Shown here one piece after another: positions 1 through 11,895 of a stretch of DNA of 64,000 bases. The stretch's first letter is position 1. Every line of letters starts with the position of its first letter. Origin of the DNA: Harriotta raleighana (Eukaryota); contig JBNZDD010013721.1 of NCBI GenBank assembly GCA_050575255.1, positions 5,515,324-5,579,323 of the forward strand. Direction: 5' to 3'. The position numbers and the translations under genes were made by a program. The notes beneath the pieces were generated by a model. It was not told the DNA's origin and did no database searches. It was given only the letters and a program-made list of their open reading frames with translations.

Positions 1-44
1 TCCCGACGTGAAAGGCGTTCTATAAATGTAATTTTGTTGTTGTA
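1..44 (+). mobile_element. L2 LINE-type 3' tail fragment
   Basis: gacgtgaaaggcgttctataaatgtaattttgttgttg matches the L2 3' end seen attached to ORF2 sequence at 17115-17170. Confidence 0.6.
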
Positions 45-380
45 TTTTTTTTTGCAGAAATACACAGAAAAAACTGGGAGTCCCATTGAGACGTTGTGAT
101 GTTGTGGTTTCTGTATCTAAATACAAGAATTCTTTTTTTAGAATCTGCTTGAAATACTGGAATGTGTCGCTAGCCGATGCTCTGAAGCATTATGAAGGAG
201 CGTTAAAGGGTATTCTTTAGGGTATTCTCTGCAGCCAATAATTTCCAGCGTGAGAAGAGGTAAAGGAGTTTTACACTTCTTGTTGTGCTCTGTTACCCCT
301 GTGGTTTGCAAAGCACCGATAAACGACTCAAAGTTTATTTGTCGCAATGCTCATTCCCTCTCACTCTGCTCAGGAAAGGA

Positions 381-750
381 AATAATATTAATAATAGTAC
401 TTTTTGTATTTGATGTAGCACCTTATTACTGTACAACGTTGAGATGTCTCAAAGGGCTTCACAGAATATATTGTGAAGTAGATTGACTGTGTATTTTACG
501 GGTGAAACACGAATGCCAATTGCTCACGACAGTGTCCCACAAACATTCGTGGATTGAGTGCCCACATTTCGTTTTGAGAGATTATTATCCCCGGAAAGCG
601 ATCCGCCATTTGACTAACGTCTTGGTTCCTATTTACTGTTAGGTAAACAGAGGTGTGCGGCCACTAGCCTAAGATTTTGCCATGCCCGGGAATTAAACCC
701 AAGTCCTCTCGCTTGCGAGGAGGTGAGTGCGCTAACAACTACCCTAGAGG
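381..750 (-). mobile_element. tRNA-derived SINE family A, long variant
   Basis: Reverse strand gives a decayed tRNA-like head, the extra segment (ctctgtttacctaacagtaaataggaacc), the shared body (gtttgtgggacactg) and an (ATT)n-type tail. Confidence 0.75.
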
Positions 751-1612
751 AACCGGCAGTCTGATTGTTGACTGGTGCCAATATTCACTCACCTTCCCCT
801 CAGCCATGATTATTGGCACCAGTCATCCCGTAATCATAGCGTTACCGGCTCTGAAGCTGATTAATTGGCCTGCCATTCTGTTCTGTCTGTGTCCCGATGC
901 CTTCTGACTCCGGTCTCACTGACTGACGGGATAAACGTGACAAGTTGCATAAGCTATAAATGTACAATGAAAACGGGCTTCGATCCAGAAAATGTCAACA
1001 CGCAACATCCATCCAGCGAGCTTCAACGAGGAATTAATGAGGGTTCTTTAAAAAAAACGGGAGGGAGCTGGACAACATTTTATATTTAGATCTGTGCAAT
1101 TTGCCCTTTTTGATACTTCAATTTTTAACCATATGAAGTCCTGAGCTAAATTGCACCTTGTGACTTTAATTTTAATTCAGACCATTCCTGTGGTCAGAAA
1201 GCTACCAACAACCATTTTCCTAGTTGCTTTTTTTAAAAAAAAATAGAATATTGAGGTGCTAGGAAAATAATTAAGAGCAAGCTTGGAAATATGCTGCGGA
1301 GAGTCAATTGCGCAAAGGTTAGGGCAACAGCATTGCTGGTTGTGGTTTAATCTAACGTAAAGTTATGGAATAAAAGGGCTTTGTCCTCTGTTTAAATGTC
1401 TGCCTGGCAGAGTAGATGCCTAGGTGAGTCACTGTGGTAAATGTCAGAGACTGCTAATAAAACTGCTCTTATAAATAGAGGCTCCTTCTCATTGGTTGCC
1501 CATAGACACAGAGCAGCCTTAAATTGCAGTGTAATTAAAAGCGAAAGCTTGTTTGTTAGGAATATCGAGGGCTTTAAGCTCACGGCTAGGCTGGGTGATC
1601 GACTCTAAGGGA

Positions 1613-1808
1613 GTCGATGCATTGCTGGAGGCGCCGTCACTCGGATGAGACATTAAAACAGGGTCCTGTCTATTCAGGTGGACGTCAAAATGCTACAGTA
1701 CAAAGGCACTATTCAAAAAGAGAAGAGTTTCTCTTGGTGTCCTGGCCAACAAATAGAATTGCTCACTCGCTTTGTGGGTATTTTTGTGACGCGACTGTGG
1801 GCAAATTG
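1613..1808 (+). mobile_element. Deu-domain SINE (family B) fragment
   Basis: tgcattgctggaggcgccgtcactcggatgagacattaaa...tcaggtggacgt...ggcactattc...ggtgtcctggccaac resembles the Deu domain of AmnSINE1/SacSINE1-type SINEs, recalled from memory. Confidence 0.7.
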
Positions 1809-1990
1809 TCGAGTCTAGTGGTTAGCACGCTCGCCTCACTAGTGGGAGGAGCCGGTTTCGATACTCATTCGATCCACGATTGTTTGGAACACACTGTTGT
1901 GCACAATTAGCCACCGCGTTTCGCCCACAAATTACCACAGTCACTTTACAGTAGGTCCTGTGAAGCACTTTGAGAAGTCTCAACAACATT
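1809..1990 (+). mobile_element. SINE family A, internally deleted copy
   Basis: A-box-like ctagtggttagc and B-box-like ggtttcgatac are joined directly to the 3' body (tcgatccacga...tgtgaagcactttgag). Confidence 0.6.
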
Positions 1991-2124
1991 TTTTTTTCAT
2001 GAGAGATTATTATCAGTGGTGTGGAGTAAGGAAACTCGCCCAAGGTTTTGCCCTGGCCGGCAATCGAACCCAGGTCTCTCACTAGCGAGCAAGTGCTCTA
2101 ACCACCTAGCTACAGGACTCCACA
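1991..2124 (-). mobile_element. SINE family A, 5' half
   Basis: Reverse complement reads tgtggagtcctgtagctaggtggttagagcac...gggttcgattgcc...ttgggcgagtttccttactccac. Confidence 0.8.
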
Positions 2125-2909
2125 TAGCTCACAGTCACTACACTTCACACGAAGAAGCTGTGAGGCGCCTTGAAACATTTTGACTTCATCAGCGGTCTAT
2201 CGTGGATTCTTAGTAGTGTGATTAATATTATTATTTTGCCAGGCTGCACAAGACTCCTCCTGCCTTGTCTGCTTCACAGCTTTGTCCCACTGCGGGGTGT
2301 CACACTGAAGAATACACTAACAGCTGAAAAGAAAATCCAGATTTCTAAAGAGTGTCACATCCGCACAGCGGGGAAGATGCATCTTCCCATTAAAAAAAAA
2401 GCTCTACAGATGATTGAAAGAGGAGATGGGACTGTTCACCTTTATTGCACTCAGTGGGCTCATCCAGTATATTGCGGTATCAGCACTGCAAAGAAACATA
2501 ACTCAAAGTTTGTGCGCTGGTGGGACAGTTAATCATCGCTCTCATTTCAGCTAGATACACCGAAGAGGTACCTTAACTTATGCATCGCCTCGGATTCTGA
2601 TAAGTTACGTGGGTTGTCACCAACAAGTCAGTTCTGCCATTTCAGCAGCACTCTCTGGGTTGAAACTGACAGAAATGGCTTATTTCTGGGATCCATTGCA
2701 TGGCCCCTGTATATTTCACTCTCCACCTCTGCATACCGTAAGTATTTTGCTGCTGTCACAGCGGAGGAGCTAATACATTGGTGGCATGGTAAGTGGAGAC
2801 CACTGGAAAGTCTCTCTCTCCCTCCCCACCCCACCAACCCCATCTCCATCCTCTGATCCACATCCCTGGCTTGTATGTGGCTCATGTTGCAGCCCCAGAA
2901 TGTACTACT

Positions 2910-3290
2910 ACTAGTACTATTTACTAATAATCCTTTCATTGATTTTGTACCTCATCATGTCATTGAGATGTTTCAATGTGCTTGACAGGATATACTCCCT
3001 TCGCCCCGCCCCTCTCTTCCTAGTTTCAGGTCTCGGCTAAAGACCTTTCTTTTCGCCCGGGCCTTCGGTCACCTTTTTTGCCCTATCCATATCTCGGACC
3101 CGGAATCCGATATTGTGAAGCGCTTTGAGTCACCGTGCGGCTTGGAGGGTGCTATATAAATCAAAGTTGTTGTTGTATACAGTAAAGCAAATTGACTGTG
3201 CATTTTATGGGTGAAACACAGTTGCACACAGTAGTGCCCACAATGGTCATGGAATGAGTGACCACATTTTTGTTTTATGAAAGGGATTTT
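2910..3290 (-). mobile_element. SINE family A 3' half, interrupted by an L2 fragment
   Basis: Tail and body sequence on either side of 2996-3177; the SINE resumes in register (gatatac ... tatacagtaaag). Confidence 0.6.
2996..3177 (+). mobile_element. L2 LINE 3' fragment
   Basis: Encodes the L2 ORF2 end (PSLPSFRSRLKTFLFARAFG), followed by gtgaagcgctttgag...gctatataaatcaaagttgttgttg. Confidence 0.8.
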
Positions 3291-4069
3291 TAAACAACAA
3301 TGATCTGGATTAGCTGCCAACAAACTCAGATTCGCGTAAATGTGGGTTGGGAAAGGGTTATTTCAGCAGGTTAAAGTAGTCCCTTAACTAAAGTTCCTGT
3401 CTGGAATAGGTACTTTGTAAACTGTGCACAAGCTCTCGAAACGACATTGATATTGTTCCGTGATGTCAATGATATGTGGAAATTGAATATTCTTTCTCCC
3501 CCACTGATGAAATGTAGGAAGCGCCTCACACAGCATAAGTTGATAGTCTGCTTTGAGGAGGATCAGCTGTTAGTCCCAGTTATTATCATCTCCTGACATC
3601 TAGTGTATGTGCAAACTCCCAGAGATTACATTTTATAGAGGCACAAAGTTCACGTATTTTATATTTTGCTTTTATATTAAAACGTGTTGGGAGGTGTGGA
3701 AAGGAGATTTTTTTTGTCCGAGGCTTGGTAGCTTCTCTGAAAGAGTCAGATTTGTGGATTTCCAATATATTAATGAAGGGGCTTTAAAGACGAGTCTGGT
3801 GTATGAGCTAATGTCTCGTGGGTGTGAAAGCAATGATTCAATACAATGTGGTGTCAGCACTGCAAAGAAACACAGGATGTGAAGGTTAATATGTCAGAAA
3901 TTGCTTATATAAGACACAGTCACTACACTTACAGCGATCCGTTGTGAAGCGCCCGGAGATGGTGTGATGTTGTAAGTCTCTGGATCAAGTGAAAGTATGA
4001 TTATAATTATCACGGATGTTTTCATAGTTTCACAGACTGTTACAGGGAGTTACGTAAAGTGACTGAAAC

Positions 4070-4190
4070 AGGGCATTTGGCACAACCAGTCTGTGACGGT
4101 GTTTATGCTGCATCCGAGACCTCATCCCCCTCCTCCCCCATATTCCCTTCTCCTTTACACCTTGATTCTATTTTCCCTAAGTTGATGCTG
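4070..4190 (-). mobile_element. CR1-type LINE 3' UTR fragment
   Basis: ggcatttggcacaacc...ggtgtttatgctgca resembles chondrichthyan CR1 3' ends; very decayed. Confidence 0.4.
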
Positions 4191-4669
4191 TTGCGTTGCA
4201 TTCTGTCTCTGAAAGAAATATAGTTTTGTCCTTTCAGCAGGATTCAGCAAGCATTTGGTGACTGAGGCACCAGGTATACCAGGGAATGATTAATTGTTCA
4301 TACCACTAAACATCTACTTGTCCATCATGATTGTATTGCTACATTGGTGCAGTTCAGTATTTTGAAGTCCTTAATTTATTCCTAGACTCAGTGACAGGTC
4401 TAAGCAGTGACTGGTCAGGTATGGAGTAGCTTTTCAATCACTGGGGTGAAGTCTTGCTGTGCACTGACTGAAGAATGGCCTTCCATCGTGTAGCCCCATA
4501 TATTGACTCATTTTGTTGTTTGTGAGATGTTATCTTTGCAGATTGGCTGCTATGTTCTCTAATATATCGTACGCTCTTTTTTCGAAACCATCGTATTCTG
4601 CCAAGACCGCCGAGACGGCGGATTCAACCCAAAAGGTGCCGAAAGGACCTTCCGACCTTCCTAGCTTGT

Positions 4670-4980
4670 GAGTCAGCCTGGCTCACTGGGTAAGACTTCC
4701 ACCTCTGACTCAGAAAGCTGTGGGCTCAAGCAACACATTGGGATTTTGAATGTGTATAGTCTGGGCTAACAGTGCAGTGCTGAGGGTGGGATGCAATATT
4801 GGAGGAGCCGTCCTTTGGATGAGAAGGAATTTCTCCTGACCGAAAATCTCCCCAAATATATTTGGTCACTCACTTCTAGGACATTGCTATGCGTGAAATT
4901 ACCACATTTTCTTATGGTTACAGTTACTTTTTGCCACACTGTACATCAATCCTGTGGAGCTCTCCCTATGTGAAAAGGAT
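4670..4980 (+). mobile_element. Deu-domain SINE (family B)
   Basis: tRNA-like head gagtcagcctggctcactgggt...cacctctgactcagaa...tgggctcaag, Deu segment ggagccgtcctttggatgag and a decayed tail. Confidence 0.7.
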
Positions 4981-6049
4981 TCGTAATTGTTCTGATCATT
5001 TTTGAAATGATTAAATGACAAAATGTCGTGAGGATTTTTTTGGAAAGGAAAGAAGAGTCACAAAAATGAGAGGGGAAATGAAAACAAATCAAATAAAATA
5101 GAAACAGAATTAATAGTCTGGGATCTATTTGTCCAAATCTATCTTAAGCAGAGGCTGTGACGTCCCTGAATGTGAAGGGAGGCCTTCAGCAAAATACCCA
5201 ATACTCATTTTATCAATTTTATTCTACTTTGGTACAATATTTGGAATTACAGCATAAAGACTATTAAAAAAAATATAATTCCCTCTGAGGTCACTGCTCG
5301 TGGTTTAGACAAATAAATTGTAAAATCCAACCTCTTTCCGGGTTACAATATGAACACTGAAAGTTAGATGGGAAGTGAATGAATTGGGCACTACATGCCT
5401 GAACAGTCTTTGTTCTTCTTACTATGACCTGGGGGTAACTAAGAGACTCAGAGGTGAAGGATGCTGCCTCTGAGATTGCTGTATGAACCAGCTGCACCAT
5501 CTACTGTCTTCAGATGATAACCCTGCCTCTTACTTTCTCATTACATTCCTGGGGCCTTAAGATAGAATCTGATGGATTTGACTCTGGCTTTCAAAATTAT
5601 TCATTTCTTATTCCGCATTCAATTATTGATTAGCTGCAAGGGAGTAAATTGGGTTTTGTAATGATGATTAAAAATATCTGACGTTCCCAGACTTTTGAGC
5701 ACTTTGGATGCTGGCTGTGAAATACACCAGTGATTGTTTATTTCACTGTGATTACTCATTACAGTCATTTGGCGCTGTTTATATTGGAGAATTGTGGGTG
5801 GAGGGAACAATGGGGAAAAGGAGGAAAGGGAAGCCTTTAATCAACTTGAACGTTCCTCTTTATTGTCACCTCTCTACCCTGCCAATGTGAAAGTCACTTT
5901 TCAAAGGTAATTTTGTTGTTGTTTTGATATAATTTTGACCGAGCAGCGTTTCAAGAAACAGAGTGCAAATGACCCAATGATGCATTGAGAATGGAGAAGC
6001 GAAAATCATTGCTTAAATAATAGTAATAATAATCTTTGCATTTGATATA

Positions 6050-6497
6050 CTGTAAAATTCCGATAATCCAGCATGTTCGGGACCTAAACGGTGCCAGATT
6101 ATCAAATATGCCGAATTATTAGACATTACTCTTAGGGATAGGAGGATTTGAGTGTGCTGTGCTCTTATCTATGTTACATACCTGCATAGCGAAAAACCAG
6201 AGCTCTCCCCATCCCGGCGGAGCAGATGGTCTGCCTAAGCAGGCATTGCACCCGACAAAAGGTAATTTTTAAAAAAAAATTGCGTGCGCACTTATTAAAG
6301 TGCACATGTGCATTTATTAAACGTGACGGCGTTGACGGGCCCACAAGGAAAATCCACCGAGTAGTGTGAAGGCTTAAACACGCCTCTGGGAAGAGATGCG
6401 CATAGAGATGCGCATATTGGAAAAAGACGAACTGTCGCAGATAATCTGGAATAAAGCATTCCAGATTAACAAATGCAGGATTAAAGGAATTTTACTA
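6050..6497. mobile_element. Tigger/Tc1-mariner-type MITE
   Basis: Termini CTGTAAAATTCCGATAATCC and GGATTAAAGGAATTTTACTA are inverted repeats, with TA on both sides; no transposase; inserted in a SINE tail. Confidence 0.75.
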
Positions 6498-6599
6498 TAG
6501 TGGATTAGCATTGAGACATCTCAAAGCAAGGTCCCACAGAGAGCCACAAGCTGAATATACTACCCTATCACGTTGTCGAGCCATCTCAAACCACTTTGC

Positions 6600-6945
6600 A
6601 GGATGTACTGTAAAGTGTTGTGACTGTGTATTTTGTGGGGAAAATGCGACGGCTAGTTTGCTCAAGCGGCAATCAACAAACAGCTGTGGATGAATTTTTA
6701 TTTGGGGAATTGTTGGCCAAGGCCCTGGGAGAACCTCCCTTCTTTTTTCAAATAACGGATCTTTAAATGTCTAATAACAGGCAGATGTGATAACATATGG
6801 GTTAAAGTCTCATATGCGGGCTAGTACATCTGACAATGAAACATTGTCACTCTGCATTGTCAACCAGACAATGTGATTCCTAGTCCTGATGTGGGTCTTG
6901 AACCAACGACCTTTTGACTCAGAGGTCAGGTTGGGACCACTCATT
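6600..6945 (-). mobile_element. Deu-domain SINE (family B)
   Basis: ttggccaaggccctgggagaacc...aacaggcag...gtgggtcttgaaccaacgaccttttgactcagagg is the reverse of the family B head and Deu domain. Confidence 0.6.
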
Positions 6946-7019
6946 AGGTTCAATAGTGTGGAGGAAAGGCGATACAATTGACATTGATTTGATTAATAAC
7001 AATGGAACCAATGTCAAAC

Positions 7020-7130
7020 AATAATAATCCTTGCATTTGATATAGCGCCTTATCACGTCTTCAGACATCTCAAAGTGCTCTCCAGAATACACTGTAAAGT
7101 GAATTGCCTGTGTATTTCATGGACGAAATT
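7020..7130 (-). mobile_element. SINE 3' tail fragment
   Basis: aataataatccttgcatttgatatagcgcc...catctcaaagtgc is the reverse complement of the common tail. Confidence 0.75.
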
Positions 7131-8439
7131 GGTCATTAAACTGAAACGTATTCATAGCTTTCGACCAGAAGACCAAGGTCAAAGCCAACAAGAGGCTGAA
7201 AGCTTCTGAGCTGTAAATGAGAAGAGGAAAGGGAACAATTTGTGATGTGATCTTAGCTTTGGGCAGACACATTGAACTCGAGTCACACAGTCTCCGCCTG
7301 AACTGTGTGACTCGGTGATGGTCCCTTCCACCTGTCGCTCTCCAGTGTTGCTCAGAACCTAATTGAGTCACTGGTTACTGTGTTTTGTTTTCAGATATCC
7401 AATATTTTGTAGATTTGTTGTACGGTAGTGTTATTGACATCTGGAGATTCTGAGTGTTTTTCAGTACAGGAAGAGGCCACCATAAGGACTACATGGTGGA
7501 GGAAATCATGTCCTAATGTATTGTATAACGCATGGGATAGGGGGGATCGGGGGGTGGGTCATGGGAGGGTGTAGGGGTTAAAGCTCTCCCAAGGCCACAG
7601 GGTGCCTACACTTTTGGGAGTTGAGATCATTATCACGATGATGATATCATTGGAATGATATCAATTCCCTATGACAGCTTGGAGATGTTTCAGCCTCACA
7701 GGCACCTTATCATTGCAAGGATTTTTATTGTTAACTACCTTGAGAGGCTGATTGATGTGAGGCATTTCTTCACTTTATCAAACACAAGAACTAGTGATGA
7801 GAGCATGTTCTGGACTCACGAGTGTTGTTAATTACTGTGCGCTGACGCAGTTTATTACACTGCGACCCAAGAGTTCAGACCTTAAAAAAACCCTTGGTGT
7901 ATGTGGGTGGGGGGGTGGGGGGAAGAAGCGGTGTGAGGGAGAGGAAAGAGAAAAATACTCTTATGAGAAGCATTGACATCAATACTTTGCCCCTCCAGTT
8001 GTCTGGAAACACCTCTGATCTGGGTAACTCAGGTCTGTGTTTCCCCCGGTCCTAGCTCGAGATTACAGGAAGCCACACCACCCCCCACCACCGCCCAGAG
8101 AAGAACAATCAGAAGTTTCAACACCAGTTAGGGCTCAGCCAGGCAATGATACTAATTAGTCAGACATCCGATTTGTTCGCCGTGGGCAAAACGGATTGAT
8201 ATTAACCCTCACGCACTGTTAGCTGTTGGAACATTCATTATGCCAACGCTGAGACGTTTGTTTCTCGATTGATTGGCTCATGTTCATCGAATGCAAGGAT
8301 TAGTATTTTCATTATTATAATTAGCATTATTATGAGCACACAGTGAATAAGAAATCACACGGGGTGAGGAATCAGCCTTGCAGACAATGCAGCACAGCCT
8401 GGTGAGAGCCAGCACGTTGGCTGCTCACGAACATGTTAG

Positions 8440-8655
8440 GGCTACAGCTGTTTGCCTTGTCTGGGCGCAGCTGCCTTTAGAAATGGGAACGGTAAGCTCA
8501 CCATCAGCTGTGCCAAGTCAGGAGATGGACTTCTGACAACCGCGGGCACCTGCCCTCCCAACACATTCCTTTGCCAACACGTGCACCTGAGAGCCATGGC
8601 CGCCACGAGGCAATTTGAGACACGGTCAACCTTCCAGATGCTGTGTCAACTGCAA
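8440..8655. promoter_or_regulatory. Candidate enhancer: dense E-box cluster
   Basis: Eight CANNTG sites (8445, 8468, 8505, 8547, 8578, 8584, 8635, 8647), two TGCCAA sites and one CATTCC in non-repeat DNA. Confidence 0.35.
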
Positions 8656-8716
8656 GGATCATATCATTCCTTTAGATAAGAATGGATCCCCCTCTCTCTC
8701 TCTCTCTCTCTCTCTC

Positions 8717-8898
8717 AATTCCTTCCTCCTTGCCTCATCCTTCCCCCATCTTCAAGTCACACCTGAATAGCTTCCTCTTCGACCTTGTCTACCGTCACCT
8801 TCTCCCTCTCCCCAACTCGAAGTCGCGTTACGACATTGTCAAGTGTTCTGAGAGGCTGATCCACATGAGGGGCGCTATATAAATGCAAATTATTGTTG
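8717..8898 (+). mobile_element. L2 LINE 3' fragment preceded by (CT)n
   Basis: Translation PSPIFKSHLNSFLFDLVY, then ggcgctatataaatgcaaattattgttg. Confidence 0.7.
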
Positions 8899-9277
8899 AG
8901 ACATGAGAATGAGGAAAGGTCGATGTAAACCACCAGTTAGGATGACACTTCACTGGCATTTAAACCATTGGATATGAAATGGAATATTCATCAAGTTAAT
9001 GCGTTTGATCGATTAATGGAAACCATTGTCTTAAATCATTGTGGGCTACATGAGATATGTTTTCCCCATCAAATGGGTTGGAGTGTTGTTCACATCACCT
9101 TTTCTACACCCATCAGTCCCCCGCCCCAACCATCTCTCCTGTCCCCTGCCTTCTGACTCGACCCACAATTTTTTGACTCAGAAGTGAGAGTTTTAGCCAC
9201 TGACACAAAGCTAATATGACAAATTAAAAGGACATTTAAACATTTTCCACAATTTGTCTCAGCCCTAAGATTTTAAG

Positions 9278-9600
9278 ATAATAATAATAATTCATGCATT
9301 TGATATAGTACTTATCACGTCTTCTAGAATTCTCAAAGCGCTTCACAGAATATTGTATACTGTAGAGTGAATTAACTGTATATTTTGTGGGTGAAACACG
9401 GTAGCCAATTAGTATCCCACAAACAGTCGTGGATTGCAATGACCAATTTATTATTGTTTCTTTTTGAGGGATTAGTATCAGGCATCTGGAGTAAGGAAAC
9501 TTGCCCAAGCTTCCACCCTGCCTGGAATCGAATCCCACGAGAATCCAGGCCTCTCGCTTGCGAGGTGAGTGCTCTAACCACTGAGCTACAAGGTTCCACA
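9278..9600 (-). mobile_element. SINE family A, full length, short variant
   Basis: Head tgtagctcagtggttagagcactcacc-tcgcaagcgagag, ttgggcaagtttccttactcca, body and (ATT)n tail. Confidence 0.9.
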
Positions 9601-9894
9601 AGATAAAATGATCTGAAAATATGAGATGGAATTTCAGGTCTCAGCTTCCCAGATGTCACCACTGAGAAAGTTGTTGAGGCGAAACCTCATTCAATGTGCT
9701 AACAAAACACACAAGCTACAATTTCAACCTCAAACCCTTTAAACCATACTCTGAGTGAATCCTCTGTTTATCAGTTTAAAAGCATTGATTCTAGTTCAGG
9801 TATTTGATGTGGGCAGTCTCAGGGTGGGCTAGTATAATAAATTATACTCATAAAATAATTGTTAATTATAATAGTTATAATAATCCTTGCATCT

Positions 9895-10004
9895 TTCACC
9901 CACAAAATACCCAGTCAATTCACTTTACAGTACATTCTGTGAAGCGCTTTGACATGTCTTGAATCCGTGATAAGGTGCCATATCAAATACAAGGATTATT
10001 ATAA
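9895..10004 (+). mobile_element. SINE 3' fragment
   Basis: cacccacaaaatacccagtcaattcactttacag...tatcaaatacaaggattatt. Confidence 0.75.
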
Positions 10005-10076
10005 TTGTATCTGATTACATTGTGTCATCTTGATACCTCAAAACACTTCAAGGATTTAATTGTAATGTGTGATGTC

Positions 10077-10471
10077 TGTGGAGTCCTGTAGCTCAGTGAT
10101 TAGACCCCTCGTCTTGAAAGCAAGAGACCCCAGTTTGATTCCCAGCAGGGGAAGTTTCCTTACTTCATATGCCTGATAATAATCCCTCAAGAAAAAGAAA
10201 TAATAAATTGGGCACTTCAATCCACAACAGTTTGTGAGACACTGCTGTGTGCAATTAGCTGCAGAGTTTCACCCACAGATATACNNNNNNNNNNNNNNNN
10301 NNNNNNNNNNNNNNNNNNNNNNNNNNNNNNNNNNNNNNNNNNNNNNNNNNNNNNNNNNNNNNNNNNNNNNNNNNNNNNNNNNNNNNNNNNNNNNNNNNNN
10401 NNNNNNNNNNNNNNNNNNNNNNATGTCTAGAAGATGGGAAAAGTGCTATATCACATGTAAGGATTATTATT
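10077..10471 (+). mobile_element. SINE family A, full length, containing an assembly gap
   Basis: tgtggagtcctgtagctcagtgattagac head and aaggattattatt tail; N-run at 10285-10422 inside. Confidence 0.85.
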
Positions 10472-10638
10472 CTTTGCTCTCCTGCTTAAACAGTCATTGT
10501 CGATTTTAGTTCAGCCACATATCTCCAAACATAAAACCAGACACTGGATTAGTGTACATGTTCAGTGTTGAGAATACAGAAGACTTCAGCTCTCCCAAAT
10601 TGCTCAGCATAACCCAGCTTCAACTGCATATTTCACAG

Positions 10639-11040
10639 GGTCAGCCTGTTTCATTTGAACGCACTCTCGCCCGAGTCATAAGGTTGTGAGTTCAAGCCCA
10701 CATCAGGACTATGAACTCATGTACAATGAGAGGCGGTGGAGTGGGGGCGCGTGGGGGGTGGGGGGGGGAGGTGCTGTTCTTTGGTTGAGACTTTAGTTGA
10801 AGATTCTGTCTGCTTGTTCAGCTTGTTGTGAGATAAAGAATCTCAGAACAATACTCAAAAACAGAAGTGAGCTTTTTCCTGGCCAACAAACTTCCAGATA
10901 AGAGTGGTCAATTCACATCTGTTTGCAAATTAGCTGTCACATTCACCTCCAAAAAATACAGTTACTACATTTTACAGTAATTCCTGCAAAACACTGAGAT
11001 AACCTAACACTGTAGAAGACATTAAATGCATGGATTGTTA
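10639..11040 (+). mobile_element. Deu-domain SINE (family B), decayed
   Basis: gcactctcgcccgagtcataaggttgtgagttcaagcccacatcaggact head, then aggtgctgttctttggttgagac...cctggccaaca. Confidence 0.6.
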
Positions 11041-11307
11041 TTTCACCAGCCGAGCCGTGAGCAGCATTCAAGTGCTCTGGGATGTTACTCGTGTGAGGCA
11101 AGTTGTTGTCACCATTCATTCAACCAGTTCAGGAATCTCTAGACATATTTCCTCAGTAAAGGCTGCATTGGGAGTGAAAGTTTTTAATCCAGATTCTTAT
11201 TCATTTGTTCTCCTAACCATCCCATCCACCTGCAGTGATTCCCCTCATGCTCTCTAGTCAGTAGATTGGAATTGAGATTCTGTGAGCAGCCCGTAGACAA
11301 TCTATAC

Positions 11308-11640
11308 TGGAGCTCCTATAGCTCAGTGGTTAGAGCACTCGCCCTTACAAGTGTGAGATCTGTGTTAGAATGCAGGTAAATCAGGGTGAAATCTGGGCAA
11401 GTTTCCTTACTCCACATGCCTAATAATAATCCGTCCAAAAAAACCACAATATTCAAAATTGGTCATTTTCAATCCAGGATTGTTTGTGGGACACTGCTGT
11501 GCGCAATTATCTGCCGCATTTCTCCACAAATATACAGTCAATTCACTTTATAGTATATTCTGTGAAGCGTCTTGAGACGTTGATAAGATGTGAAAAGCGC
11601 TAAATCAAATGCAAGGATTCTTCTTCTTATTATTATTATA
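11308..11640 (+). mobile_element. SINE family A, full length, TAC subfamily
   Basis: tggagctcctatagctcagtggttagagcactcgcccttacaag...aatcagggtgaa...atcaaatgcaaggattcttcttcttattatt. Confidence 0.9.
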
Positions 11641-11684
11641 CCAAAGCTTCACCCTACACGGAAATATTTAGGATATTTGCTCTC

Positions 11685-11835
11685 CCACACACTCACTCAC
11701 ACTATCATACACTCACTCACACTATCATTCACTCACACACTCACTCACTGTCACTCTTTCATACATGTATACACTCTTTCTCACTTCCTTTCTCTCTCTC
11801 ACACACTACATACTTACTATCACATTCACTGACAC
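11685..11835. repeat. (CACT)n-like degenerate microsatellite
   Basis: Repeated acactcactcac units. Confidence 0.8.
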
Positions 11836-11895
11836 TCTATTTTCAAACAGTTTTCAAACTCTATTTTCCCACTCTGAAGTGAAACACCCTATATA

